Shown here: in pieces, positions 49,463 through 60,345 of the stretch | How positions within the stretch are numbered: position 1 is the stretch's first letter | How the letters are laid out: each line of letters opens with the position of its first letter | Source: Mobula birostris | Lineage: Eukaryota | Direction: 5' to 3' | Assembly (NCBI RefSeq): GCF_030028105.1 | Contig: NC_092375.1 | Coordinates: forward strand, 44,243,130-44,307,129 | DNA length: 64,000 bases | Program-made: the position numbers and the translations under genes | The notes under the pieces: model-generated | Database searches by the model: none | What the model was told of the DNA's origin: nothing | The model's input: only the letters and a program-made list of their open reading frames with translations

Positions 49463-51940
49463 TTAAAGCCTAGTTCTTCTGGATTTCTTCGCAGCAGAGT
49501 CCTTGATCACAAAATAATCTGCAGATGCTGGGGTCAAAGCAACACTCACAACACGCTGGAGGAACTCAGCAGGTCGGGTGAACCTACCAGCCTTCTCCTT
49601 CCCACCCTCCCCCCACCTTCTTTATAGGGCCTCTGCCCCTTCCCCCTACAGTCCTGACGAAGGGTTCCGGCCCGAAACGTCGACCGATCTTTTCCAGGGA
49701 TGCTGCCCGACCTGCTGAGTTCCTCCAGCGTGTTGTGAGTGTTGCAGAGTCCTTGATCAGATGACTAAAATCCAGTTTCCAAACAAGATTACTTTCCAGT
49801 GACATCAAAGTAAGATGATTTAGCCTGTCCTGTCCCATTGTGGATCTGAGCCTATTCTTCACTAGCTTGAGCTTGGAGAAAGATCGCTCACCTCTTGCAT
49901 TTGTGACAGGGAGAGTCAGGTAAAGCCTCAAAGCAATGCTTACATTAGGGAAGATGACCCGCAAGTTGTATTTTTTTTCTCTGAGGAAGCATAAAAGCTC
50001 TTGCAGATGAAATATCTTTGCCACTTACAAATTCCCTGAAATGGATAATCTCCTCCACAAAGTCTAACTGCAGGTCAGCTAAATATCTGCTTTGGAGATA
50101 GATGCTCCCTTGTGCAGATCTTGTACAGAGAGAGAAGGGATATTGTTTAGGATGCCAAATGTATTGTTAAAGTCATTATATGATGCAAATCTGCAATCAA
50201 TTTTTGCAAGTAATCTATCCATCACGACCAAAAAAAAGTAGCTGAGAATTTTTCTCTGGCTGGCAAGCCAACATCAGGTGTTGTGGATTCATCCAGAAAG
50301 GTTTTAAGTTTTCTTTGTCATTGGGTGTCTTCTTTGTACACTTGTGAGACTGTTGGAGACATAGTTTTAGCTTGGGTCTCAAAAGTACCAAATTGATCAT
50401 GCAATCTTGCTATGCATCCCCGTAGTGATCTCACCAAATCCACAGCATTACACAGGTCTAGATTTACAGCTTGCAATGCAACACTTGCACTTTCAAAGCG
50501 CTGAAGAATGCAATGCCACAATTTGCTCAGAAAAGCTATCTCAAGCTTGTCCAATTTTTTGATAATGAACTTGCTTCATTTCTAGTTGCCACATTCTGAT
50601 TAATGTCATCTGCAATGCTCTTTAACGAATCTTGAATATTGGCATGATTTCTGCACAATGCCTGTGTGGCTTCTGCATGTGCAGCCCATCTAGTATTAGA
50701 GACAGACTTCAGAGTTTCAGTGCGCTTGTTCACATTAGGCTGAAGTCCTGCGGTCACCACCTTCCACCTAGAAGTTGACTTGGAGCAGAAGTTGAACACA
50801 TTCTGCACGAAGCTGAAAAAAATCAGCTGTTTCAACACAACAGTTGACACTGTTGATTCCAACAAGATTCAGTGTGTGTGCTGCACATGGAACCCACTCA
50901 GCAAGTGGATTGATTTCCTTGATGCGGGATTGTAAGCCTTTGTATGCACCGGACATATATGCAGCTGTCATAAGCACAGCCCCCTGCAGTTGCTTATGTC
51001 AATATTCACCTCTCCTAAAACTTTGAGCAGAGACTCTCAATGAGTAGAAATCGTAAGAATCGCTCCTGAATGTTTCCATCAGTTGACACATAACGTAAAA
51101 TGAATGTGAGCTGATCTACGTGTGCAACATCTGTGCTTGAATCGATGCTAATAGAAAAGTATTTGGCTATTTTGACTTCACTTGACGATCCCTGACAGAA
51201 CTCGATTGCTCTTGAGCTCAATAAACTCCTCACATGTTTTAGGTGAGGGATATGAAGGGGTGCCTGATCCTGCATTTCCAAATTTCTGTATGTGCGCCTT
51301 CAAAAACGGGTCAAGCTCACTTATTACCTCTAGAATGCCCATCATGTGGTTGCTGTTATCAGGCCTGACAAATATGTCACTGGAGCCTCGGATAGCCAGT
51401 CTCCTCTCGACCAAAAACTTCACAACCGCCACCACTCTTCTCAATACATCGGTCCAGTAGATACACTTTGACTCGAACTGTTTTTGCAGTTCTGTATCAA
51501 TTCTCCCGCTGTCAAACGCTAGTGTAACATAGGTCAGTATCGTTTTCCTGCGGTGTTTGCTATTTTCATGCTGTCCTATGTGCTCAGCGGCACGTTTCCA
51601 GTTGCTAAATCCAGTTTCAAAGATAGACTTGACAGTTCCCATCACTGAAGATGCAGTGTGCAAAACAAAACACACAGCCGGTGGGAGGGGAATATAAGAG
51701 CCATTGACTTGATACGTACTGGCCTTTTACGAGCTTGTGTTTGAAGTGAAATTTGGAGAAAAAATTTCTCTGCTGTTTGTATACTCGTTCTGAAGTTTTG
51801 ATATCCACATCCTTATTCTGGCAGGACTTTGGCACTTTCTTAGCCCAGTACGCTCGGACTGAATCATCTAACGTTTCCTTTCCCCAGTGAGCAGGATCAG
51901 TGCTGTAAGGATCCTCAGTAGTGGTAACGTTAACATCCTC
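49463..51940 (-). mobile_element. decayed hAT transposase (ZnF_TTF / DUF4371 / hAT dimerization type)
   Basis: Successive minus-strand fragments QWLLYSP..GCVFCF, GFSNWKRAAEHIGQHENS, YFSISIDSSTDVAHVDQL, WVPCAAHTLNL, TRWAAH and FPNVSIALRLYLTLPVTNARGERSFSKLK, with the final stop at 49463. TIRs not identified. Confidence 0.85.
49510..49743. mobile_element. Penelope-like insertion with an inverted terminal copy
   Basis: 16-bp TSD GCAGAGTCCTTGATCA (49494-49509 and 49744-49759); 49510-49578 is the reverse complement of the 3' tail. Confidence 0.88.
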
Positions 51941-52956
51941 CTTCCTCGCCTCCCACAGTAGCCTAGGGTACATCTCATCTGGTCCCGGTGACACATCCAA
52001 TTTGATGCTTTCCAAAAGCTCCAGCATATCCTGTTTCTTAATACCTACATGCTCAAGCTTTTCAGTCCACTTTAAGTCATCCCTACAATCGCCAAGGTCC
52101 TTTTCCATAGTGAATACTGAAGCAAATTACTTATTAAGTACCTCTGCTATCTCCTCTGGTTCCATTTACACTTTTCCACTGTCACACTTGATTGGTCCTA
52201 TTCTCTCATGTCTTATCCTCTTGCTCTTCATGTACTTGTAGAATGCCTTGGAATTTTCCTTAATCATGTCCACCAAGGCTTCTCATGGCCCCTCCTGGCT
52301 CTCCTAATTTCTTTCTTAAACTCCTTCCTGCTAGCCTTATAAACTTCTAGATCTCTATCATTACCTAGTTTGTTGAACCTCTTGTAGGTTCTTCTCTTGT
52401 ACACTTGCCACAAAAGGAGAGGGGCAGAAGAAGGGAAATCCTAGGCTAGTTACCAGTCTGACATTAGTGGTTGGGTGGCAGTTGGTGTCAATTATTAAGG
52501 GTGTGGTTTCAGGGCACTTGGAAGCACATGATAAAATAGGGTGTAGCCAGAATGGTTTCCTCATGGGAAAATCTTGCCTACCCATCTCTTGAAATTCTTT
52601 GAAGAAATAACAAGCAGAATAGACAAAAGAAGAATAGGTTGATGTTGTGTACTTCGATTTTCAGAAGGCTTTTGACGACGTGACACACATGAGGTTGCTT
52701 AACAAATTAAGAGCCCATGGTAGTACAGGAAAGATGGACTAGCATCAATTAAGCAGTGGCTCATTGGCAGGAAGCAAAAAATGGGAATAAGGGAACCTTT
52801 TCTGATCGGTGGCCAGCGACTAGAGGTGTTCTGAGAGGGAGTGTGTGTTTTGGGACTGATTCTTTTGACATTATATGTCAATGACTTGGATGACAGAACG
52901 GATGGTTTTGTTGCAAAGTTCATTGGTGATTACAAAGATACAGTAGATGGAGGGAC

Positions 52957-54331
52957 TGTCATGGTCCGGTCCGTAAGGTCCGCATTCCGGTTCACGGTCT
53001 GGTCCATCGACCCTTGCTTCAGGTTTTCCTGTCTACCCTGTTTCTTTTCTTGTTGAGCTCTAATTGAGGCAGCTGATGCTTGTTGGGGCTGGCTGCATAA
53101 ATACCTTCAGAGACCAGGGCGTGGCTGCTGGATTGTTCTTGTCCTTACTCCTTGTATCCCTTCCCCTGCCTTCTGTTTCCTGGCCTGAAGCCCTGCCTTG
53201 TCTTGCCGGTAACTCTCGCCTCACCTGAAGTTTTGTCTTGCCTTGCATTGCCTGAAGCCTTGCCTTGTCTTGCTGTCTTGTCCTGGAGTCACCCCGTACC
53301 TAGCTCCCTTCCTGTCCCTTGCCTCCGCCAGGTAAGTCAGGCTGTCTTGCCATTACCCTGCGGTTGGTTCTGTCCCTTCCTGTTCCTAGCCTCTGTCAGG
53401 TAAGTCAGGCCGTATTGCTGTTACCTACAGTGGGTTCTGTCCCTTCCTAACCCTTGCCTCCGTCGGGTAAGCTAGGCCGTCTTGCCGTTACCTGCGGTTG
53501 GTTCCGTCCCTTCCCTCCATCGGGTGGAGTTCCACGCCCTGCCCAGGAGTTCCGCACCCTGCCCAGGAGTTCCATGCCCTGCCCAGGAGGAGCCTCCAGT
53601 CTCCTGCCAAGCCTCGCCTGAAGTCTCTAGCCTCTAGCCTCAAGCCTGAAGACTCCAGCCTCTTGCCTCCTGCCAAGCCTCGCCTGAAGTCTCTAGCCTC
53701 TAGCCTCAAGCCTGAAGACTCCAGCCTCTTGCCTCCTGCCAAGCCTCGCCTGAAGTCTCTAGCCTGTAGCCTCAAGCCTAAAGACTCCCGCCTCCTGCCT
53801 CCTGCCAAGCCTCGCTTCAAGCCTCTAGCCTCAAGCCTGAAGACTCCAGCCTCCTGCCAAGCCTCGCCTCGTCTCTAGCCTCTAGCCTCAAGCCTGAAGA
53901 CTCTAGCCTCCTGCCTCCTGCCAAGCCTTGCCTCTAGTCTCTAGCCTGTAGCCTGAAGACTCCAGCCTTCTGCCTCCTGCCAAGCCTCACCTCAAGTCTC
54001 TAGCCTCTAGCCTCCTGCCTCCTGCCAAGCCTCGCCTCTAGTCTCTAGCCTCAAGCCTGAAGACTCCAGCCTCATCCTGCCTGCCAGCCAAGCCTCGTCC
54101 TTGCCTAGTTCTGGGGTCCGAGCCAGAGACAAGACCCAGGTACTGGGTCCTTGTCCAGTCTCTGGCTCGGGGTCCAAGCCCGGGCTCCTAGCTCTCTTGT
54201 CCAGTCCTGTTCTGGGTTCCTGGTTTTCGTGTCCACGTCCTTGCCCTCACCCTGTATCCTTCTCCTGTCCCTAGTTCTTCAGTGTCTGTGTCTTGCACTT
54301 AGGTCTGTTCCTAGCCACCTCCTTATGATGA
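52957..54331 (+). mobile_element. solo LTR-like element inserted in a CR1
   Basis: Starts TGTCATGGTCCGG and ends TATGATGA (degenerate ATGACA); GGAC on both flanks (52953-52956 and 54332-54335). Confidence 0.75.
53604..54080 (+). repeat. about 66-bp minisatellite within the LTR
   Basis: Unit CCTGCCAAGCCTCGCCTGAAGTCTCTAGCCTCTAGCCTCAAGCCTGAAGACTCCAGCCTCTTGCCT, about 7 copies, progressively degenerate. Confidence 0.9.
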
Positions 54332-57300
54332 GGACTGAACCAAGGATGTAATGTTGAGTCTTTATAAAGCAATGGTGAGGCCTCATTTGGAGTATTGTGA
54401 GCAGTTTTGGGCCCCTTATAAGACCTCAAGACATAGGGGCAGAATTAGGCCTTTCAGCCCATCAAGTCTGCTCCACCATTGCATCATAGCTGATCGCGGA
54501 TCTCACTCAATCCCACACACCTGCCTTCTTGCTATATTCTTTGATGCCCTGGCTGACTAGGAAATGATCAGCTTCTGCCTTAAATATACAAATGGACTTG
54601 GCTTCCACTGCAGTCTGTGGCCGAGCAGTCCACAGATTTACTACTCCCTGGCTAAAAGAATTTCTCCTTTCCTCTTTCTAAAGGCTCAACCCTTAATTTT
54701 GAGGCTGTACCCTCTAATTGAGGATACCCCACCATAGAAAGCATCCTCTCCACATCCACCCTATCTGGTCCTTTCAACATTTGGTGAGTTTTAATGAGAT
54801 TCCCCTGCATTCTTCTAATTTTCGGTGAGTACAGACCCAAAGTTGCCAAATGCTCCGCCTTATCAAATGCCTTCTGAAAATCCAAGTAAATGACATCCAC
54901 TGCCTCTTCCTTGTCCACCCTGCTTGCTACTCCCTTGAATAACTCTAACAGATTTGTCAAGTAAGATTACCCTTCACAGAAACCATGCTGAATTTGACTT
55001 ATTTTATCATTAGTCTCCAAGTACCCTGAAACTTCATCCTTATTAGTAGACTCCAGCACTTTTCCAACCACTGAAGTTAGGCTAACTGACCTATAATTTC
55101 CTTTTTTTTTGCCTTCCTCCCTTCTTAAGAGTGAAATAACATTTGCAATCTTCTGGGACCATCCAGAATCAGGCGATTCTTGGAAGATCATGACAAATGG
55201 ATCTATTATCAACCTCTCTCAGGAAGGATGTGCTGACACTGGAGTGGGTTCATAGGAGTTCATCATAGGAAAATGATTCCAGGATTGAAGGGCTTGTTGA
55301 AAGGGCTGCAGAGAGTGGATGTGGAGAGGATGTTTCTAATGGTAGGAGAGTCTAGGACCAGAGGACCAGAAACCGCAGCCTCAGAATAGAGGCTTTCATA
55401 ATGGAGATGAAGAGGAATTTCTTTAGTTAGAGTGGTAAATCTGTGGAATTTGTTGTCACAGGTGGCTGTGGAGGCCAAGTCATTTCATATATTTAAGGCA
55501 GAGTTTGATAGATTCTTGATCGGTTGGGGCAGGAACGGAGATGGAGAAAAGGCAGGGGATTGGGGCTGAGAGGGAAAATGGATCAGCCATGATGAACTTG
55601 ATGGGCCAAATGACTCAATTATACTCCTTTGGTCAGTCAGGTCTTTGGCACTGTGGCTGAGAAGGGAAGGGAGGAAAAGAGTGAGCTGTAATGATAGTAG
55701 TTTCATTGGTTTGGGGAACAGACAGATGGTTCTGTGGATGAGATTGAGATTCCTGCACTGTGTGGTGCCACAACAACAACCACTCACTGAATTTCACAAG
55801 ACCAAAGAGCTGATTATTGACTACAGGTGGGTGAAACTGGAAGTCCATAAGCCAGTCCTCTTTAGGAGATCAGAGGTGGAGAGTGTCAGCAGCTTTAAAT
55901 TCCTCCGTGTTACCATTTCAAAGAATCTGTTCTGGGTCCTGCATGTAAGCAATAAACAAATTTGCGATGACAACAAAATTGGGGGTGTAGTCGATAGTGA
56001 GGAAGGCTATTAAAGCTTGGAATGGGAACTGGACCAGATGACAAAAATTGGCTGAAAACTGGCAGTGTGAGGTGGTGCAGTTTGGTAGGACAAACCTGGC
56101 TTGGATTTACACGGTAGAGCACTGAGGAGTGTGGTAGAACAGAGAGGTATAGTGGAATATAAATCCATAATTCTGAGAAAGTAGCATCACAGATAGAGCT
56201 GTTAAGAAAGGTTTTGGCACATTGGCCTTCATACTCCAGTATTGAGTACAGGAATTGGGAACGATATGAAGTTGTGTATGACGTTGGTAAGGCCTAATTT
56301 GGAGTACCGTGTGCATTTCTGGTCACCTGTCAATAAGAATGAAGGAGTGCCGAGAAAATTTACAACAATGGTGCCAGGACTTGAGGACTTGAGTTATAGG
56401 GAAAGGTTGAATAGGTTAGGATTTTCGTCCATAGAGCACAGAAGACTGAGGGGAGATTTGATTGAGGTATACAAAATTCTGAGCGGTAGGTGCAAGCAGG
56501 CTTTCTCCACTGAGAATGGGTGAGACCAGAACTAGAGGTCATGGGTTAAGATGAAAGGTGAAATGTTTAAAGGGAACATAAGGGGTTATTTCTTCACTCA
56601 GAGGGTCGTGAGAGCGTGGTATGAGCTGCCAGCAGAAATTGTGGATGCAGGTTTGATTTTAACGTTTAAGAGAAATTTGATAGGTGCATGGAGAGAAGTT
56701 ACCATTGGAAAATTAATGTATGCTTGAATTTATTTTCCTACTATCAGTGTTCTTTAAACCATCTGCACAGCAGACTTCAGCTTAATATATATGCTACTGT
56801 GGATTATATTCTATAAAGGAAAATTACTGTATTTCCAGCAAGATTAGTCTTGGGGTACTTAAATTGTATTTAACCAAATATAATTTGTCATAAATATCCA
56901 TGTAGATCATACTGTCACTTTGCTAGAGTGCTATTATAGTCTTATCAGTGTATATTTGGAATATAATGAAACATAATATTTAGTTAAAACAATTAAAACC
57001 AGAATTTAACTTGTGAAAAAATGTAAGTTGCCACACAGTTTACATGTGGTCTACTTGTGGTCAAGTAACTGCAATACAGCTGTAGTTTGAGATGAAACAT
57101 TTGATTTGTAGTGGAAGATCTAAATTGCACAATTAAAGTGAATATATGGGTGCAGTTGTAAATCAGAGTATGCATGAGCACTGAGTAACTAATGATGCAC
57201 CATGGAAATATTTGCAGAAACTTGGTCATGGAGGGACATCAGATCATTGTTAGACTTTTTAAAATGCATTTGATTTCACATGATCTCTAGCCACTGTTAA

Positions 57301-58080
57301 TTCCCTCCCCCATGAGAGCAGCTAATAATGATATTGAATGAATTGATGCTAATTGTTTAGAATGATCATTTCCTTTTTTTAAAAACTGAATCTATTTTGG
57401 ACTTTGCAATCCACAAGTTATTCCTTCAGGTTTACTTAGAATAAGTATACACTACAAGAAATTCAAATACATCATTAATATTTAATCTGAAATGTTCCTT
57501 CCCCAAATGACAAATATTTTCAGCATTTAAAATGTTCAAAATCTGGGATGTTTTACTTTTCAATTACTATTGAAAGACACTACTAAACTCTAGAACATTC
57601 AGATATTATGACATTTCCAATGCTTGTTTCATACTGTGCTGCATGAATTATACTGAACCACATTTAGCACATTTCATTAATAAACAAAATGTAATTTGCA
57701 TCAGATGAACTGATTAATTTTAATTCCAACATCTGGTTTTGATATTGTGTTTTACTTTTGAAAAAACCTCACAGTTCCTATCAATGCTTTTTAAGATTAG
57801 AGAGAACCCTAGAAGCAATGCAAGTATGGGTCAAAAATATGTGATTGTCATACACATGCAAAAATAGGTCAGTGACAATCCAATTTATTTTAAGATGCTC
57901 AGATCAGAAAACAAAACTGCAAAAAAACAAAGAAGCCATCTATGCCAGGTCTTTTGTCTCTCAGTTATTCTATTAGAAAAATGGCCAGATTTTTAAAAAA
58001 TGCAGCAGCAAGAATTTCAGTTTGCATTAAAGGTTGTTAGATTATTGAAGGAGAATGATGATAATCTGTCTACTCTATTT

Positions 58081-58352
58081 GCAGATGACCATCTTATCCC
58101 GTTTATCCTACGTGCTGTCATCATCACCGTGGGAACTAGTTTATTATTGCTGGTAGTGATTGTGTTCAGTTTTGTTGGTAAGTTGCAATGAATGAAATTC
58201 TTTAGAAACTGTATTAGCAGATGACCATCTTATCCCGTTTATCCTACGTGCTGTCATCATCACCGTGGGAACTAGTTTATTATTGCTGGTAGTGATTGTG
58301 TTCAGTTTTGTTGGTAAGTTGCAATGAATGAAATTCTTTAGAAACTGTATTA
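58081..58352 (+). repeat. perfect 2 x 136-bp tandem duplication containing the whole TM exon
   Basis: 58081-58216 and 58217-58352 are identical by eye; the second exon copy is at 58221-58313. Confidence 0.95.
58085..58177 (+). CDS. transmembrane exon of the VJ-C1 gene (Arg in the TM segment)
   Basis: Acceptor CTCTATTTGCAG; 93 bp, phase 1/1; (D)DHLIPFILRAVIITVGTSLLLLVVIVFSFV; donor GTAAGT. Read-through gives GKLQ-stop. Assignment to the upstream gene rests on strand, phase and order. Confidence 0.72.
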
Positions 58353-58574
58353 GGGATTATTCTGGAGTTATGAAATTATATGAATATAGCAGTTTAATTC
58401 AAGCAAGAAACAGTCCGCAGTTCTTAATGTAAACAAACCTGTAATTAAAAGGACGGTTTCGCAAACAAACAATATGTTTGGCTGCTGAAAGATATGGCTT
58501 ACAAAGTGAAGTGACCATGAGTTCTGGTTTGCATCAGCCAAACACAAAACAATGGGAAATAAACTCTTCTTGGG

Positions 58575-59220
58575 CTTCCAGCCAGGTACAAGTATCAATT
58601 TTAGCCGATGTTTCAATGACAAACTCTGCCATCTTCATCAGGGATGGCAGAGGGCCTAGGCATGCCTAGGCATGTCCAGTCTGGTGGTATTTATACCCCC
58701 GCGGTCTGTCCCTCCTGATTGGTTAGACCTCATCCAATCAGGTTTCTGCTGTCCCACCTTGTTTACAATCAAATTCCAGTTCTTACTTATCAAGACCTTC
58801 GTCTTTGATAAAATTCTTTTTCTCTAGTTTTATTTCAATTACTTCCTTCACCAGGAGGTCCCCAAAGCCATTTGTGCAGCACAGCAGTTTTGTGCCATCG
58901 GAGTCAATTCCATGGCTGTTGTGAATGCAATGTCTTGCTACCACTGATTTCTTTGTGTAACCCAAACAGATACAACTTCTATGCTCTTTGATTTGGGTTT
59001 CCACCGTGCGTCTCATCACATTGAAATTAGATTAGTAAGAACTGGAACTTAACTGTAAACGAGGTGGGACAGCAGAAACCTGATTGGATGAGAACTAACT
59101 AATCAGGAAGGACGGACTGTGGGGGTATGTATACCACTGAACTGGACATGCCTAGGCATCATCACTGATGAAGATGGCAGAGTTTGTCATCAAAATGTTG
59201 GTTAAAGTCAACCTGAGAAG
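58575..59220. mobile_element. Penelope-like element (family 2): inverted termini around a GIY-YIG fragment
   Basis: Minus-strand RRTVETQIKEH...SVVARHC...EVIEI...NFIKDEG; CTGATGAAGATGGCAGAGTTTGTCAT occurs in opposite orientations near 58620 and 59165. Confidence 0.8.
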
Positions 59221-59599
59221 AGTTTATTTGTCATGTATGCAGGGAAACCACTCAATTCTTTTTCATAAAACCATGGGGTTATGCTAATTGGTCTGCATCA
59301 AACCAGACAACACTGGTTAAGCTACTTACACCGTGGTGACTGAGCTGAAGGGAGCTTGCAGAGCAGACTGAATTTGTCACTGAGTGCATCAAACATAGGC
59401 ACAGAGACATCTGATCAATCCGTATTTGGTGTATTTCCTTACTTAAAGCCCTCACAGCTTAATTTTGGGTGCCTGGCATCTCTCTCGCCAGAAGTTTTTA
59501 CACTTTACTTTGTCCCAACCAACTCTGGCCTTTTACCTCTTCTCGTCTATCACCTCCCCCTGGGCCCCTACTCCTCCCCTTCCCCTCCAGCCTTTACCA

Positions 59600-60345
59600 T
59601 TCAGAATATAGTATTAATGGTAAGACTCTTGGCAGTGTGGAGGGTCAGAGGGATCTTGGGGTCAGAGTCCATAGGACACTCAAGTTGCTGTGAAGGTTGA
59701 CTCTGTGGTTAAGAAGGCATACAGTGCATTGGCCTTCATCAACCATGGGACTGACCTTAGGAGCCGAGAGGTAATGTTGCAGCTATATAGGACCCTGGTC
59801 AGACCCCACTTGGAGTACTGCGCTCAGTTTTGGTTGCCGCGCTATAGGAAGGATGTGGAAAGCATAGAAGGGGTGCAGAGGTAATTTACTAGGATGTTGC
59901 TTGGATTGGGGAGCATGCGTTATGAGAATAGGCTGAATGAACTCGGTCTTTTCTTGGAGCGGTGGAGGATGAGAGGTGACCTGATAGAGGTGTATAAGGT
60001 GATGAGAAGCATTGATCATGTGGATAGTCAAGAGGCTTTTTCCCAGGGCTGAAATGGCTAGCACGAGAGGGCAGTTTTAAGGTGCTTGGAAGTAGGTACA
60101 GAGGAGACGTTAGGGGCAAGATTTTCTATGCAGAGAGTGGTGACTGCGTGGAATGGGCTGCCAGTGACGGTGGTGGAGGCAGATACGATAGGATCTATTA
60201 AGAAACTCCTGGACAGGTACATGGAGCTCAGAAAAATAGAGGGCTTTTGGTAACCCTAGGTAATTTCTACAGTAAGAACATGTTCAGTACAGCTTTGTGG
60301 GCCAAAGGGCCTGTGTTGTGCTGTAGGCTTTCTATGTTTCTAAGT
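59600..60345 (+). mobile_element. CR1 3' fragment
   Basis: [19 protein letters not shown]; tail TTTCTATGTTTCTA. Confidence 0.85.

Noticed and set aside
53488-53878. Repetitive-protein ORFs or a CRISPR-like array
   Set aside because: This is a head-to-tail 66-bp minisatellite in an LTR, with no unique spacers, in a vertebrate context.
58000-58084. N-terminal part of ORF 58000-58191 as coding
   Set aside because: It is intronic read-through upstream of the acceptor at 58084; only 58085 onward looks like exon.
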